This document shows positions 5,534-6,274 of a stretch of 6,274 nucleotides of DNA, one piece after another; position 1 is the first letter of the stretch; each line of letters starts with the position of its first letter. Source of the stretch: a virus (lineage: Duplodnaviria; Heunggongvirae; Uroviricota; Caudoviricetes). The notes under the pieces are model-generated. The model was not told the DNA's origin, made no database searches, and worked only from the letters and a program-made list of their open reading frames with translations. The position numbers and the translations under genes were made by a program. The stretch spans positions 1 through 6,274 of the IMG/VR virus record IMGVR_UViG_2617270976_000005. One strand, written 5' to 3'.

Positions 5534-5757
5534 CCGGGTATCAGTTAGCGGGAGAAATTTTTAAATACTTCACAATTCAGGCGGTTGACTGTTGTCTGGT
5601 TTGCGGGGAGTTTGTTAAAAGAAACTGGCATGGTGAATCCCCCTGTGCGGAGGGGCAATCAGCGAGTAGGTATATGGGATAATCGCGGATTCAGGTGCTG
5701 GTACTGAATTCACCGGGAGGCACCCGGCACCATGCAATGGCACATAGCGCCACTCTC

Positions 5758-5788
5758 CAGCCCCTCTCCGGAGGGGCTGTTTATATTG
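5758..5788 (+). terminator. Strong rho-independent terminator
   Basis: Perfect 9-bp GC-rich stem CAGCCCCTC / tccg / GAGGGGCTG followed by TTTATATTGATTTT. Confidence 0.6.
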
Positions 5789-5810
5789 ATTTTGTCAGAT
5801 GTGAGTAAAC

Positions 5811-5844
5811 TCCTTATGGACTTTGTTGTTTTAGTCCATAAGGA
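5811..5844. repeat. Perfect 12-bp inverted repeat with 10-nt spacer (TCCTTATGGACT-n10-AGTCCATAAGGA)
   Basis: Read directly from the sequence; no U-tract follows on either strand, so more likely an operator or RNA structure than a terminator. Confidence 0.6.
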
Positions 5845-5896
5845 CATATTTGCAGAGTGCAACGGTTATTAAAGCATTCATTCAATACGTTATCTG

Positions 5897-6274
5897 GGTG
5901 ATGCTGCCAACTTACTGATTTAGTGTATGATGGTGTTTTTGAGGTGCTCCAGTGGCTTCTGTTTCTATCAGCTGTCCCTCCTGTTCAGCTACTGACGGGG
6001 TGGTGCGTAACGGCAAAAGCACCGCCGGACATCAGCGCTATCTCTGCTCTCACTGCCGTAAAACATGGCAACTGCAGTTCACTTACACCGCTTCTCAACC
6101 CGGTACGCACCAGAAAATCATTGATATGGCCATGAATGGCGTTGGATGCCGGGCAACAGCCCGCATTATGGGCGTTGGCCTCAACACGATTTTACGTCAC
6201 TTAAAAAACTCAGGCCGCAGTCGGTAACCTCGCGCATACAGCCGGGCAGTGACGTCATCGTCTGCGCGGAAATG
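5897..6274 (+). mobile_element. IS1 insertion sequence, left end and first 378 bp (continues past the window)
   Basis: Left terminal inverted repeat GGTGATGCTGCCAACTTACTGAT at 5897-5919, and insA at the expected offset (IS1 nt 56). Confidence 0.95.
5952..6227 (+). CDS. insA: IS1 InsA (transposition repressor / N-terminal part of the InsAB' transposase), 91 aa
   Basis: Translation [43 protein letters not shown]...LKNSGRSR matches IS1 InsA as I recall it. Confidence 0.95.

Noticed and set aside
4903-5896. Shiga-toxin genes downstream of the tRNAs
   Set aside because: The context invites this, but no frame on either strand resembles Stx A or B subunits as I recall them; the only ORF is about 110 aa and unrelated.
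5923-6135. 70-aa + strand ORF inside IS1
   Set aside because: Alternate frame overlapping IS1 insA; not a known IS1 product.
1-6274. CRISPR array or tandem repeat array
   Set aside because: No regularly spaced direct repeats; the only repeats are the short motifs noted in the findings.

Overview
This window reads as a contiguous stretch of an enterobacterial (E. coli-type) lambdoid prophage, with every credible gene on the + strand. All identifications are from reading the sequence and recalled family signatures; no database search, tRNA scan or RNA folding was run. Order: three translationally coupled small ORFs of unknown function and a 27-codon hydrophobic micro-ORF (2-1058); a Hok-family type I toxin with structured leader and intrinsic terminator (1066-1521); a 57-aa acidic ORF; a RusA-like resolvase that appears to lack its N-terminus (2026-2307); a 229-aa protein in the position of the late antiterminator Q (2300-2989) followed by a hairpin terminator; a small winged-helix-like ORF; a beta-class DPPY DNA methyltransferase (3551-4600); a tRNA cluster (tRNA-Ile2-like CAU, a decayed tRNA relic, tRNA-Arg UCU; 4650-4902); an AT-rich cargo region with one ORF and a structured non-coding tract (4903-5896); and the left end of IS1 with insA (5897-6274). 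This Q / methylase / tRNA layout is the one that, as I recall it, precedes stxAB in Shiga-toxin phages, but no stx-like ORF is present. The most interesting candidates are the wHTH + orphan methyltransferase + tRNA module just downstream of Q, the uncharacterised cargo in the toxin-equivalent position, and five co-oriented Chi octamers.
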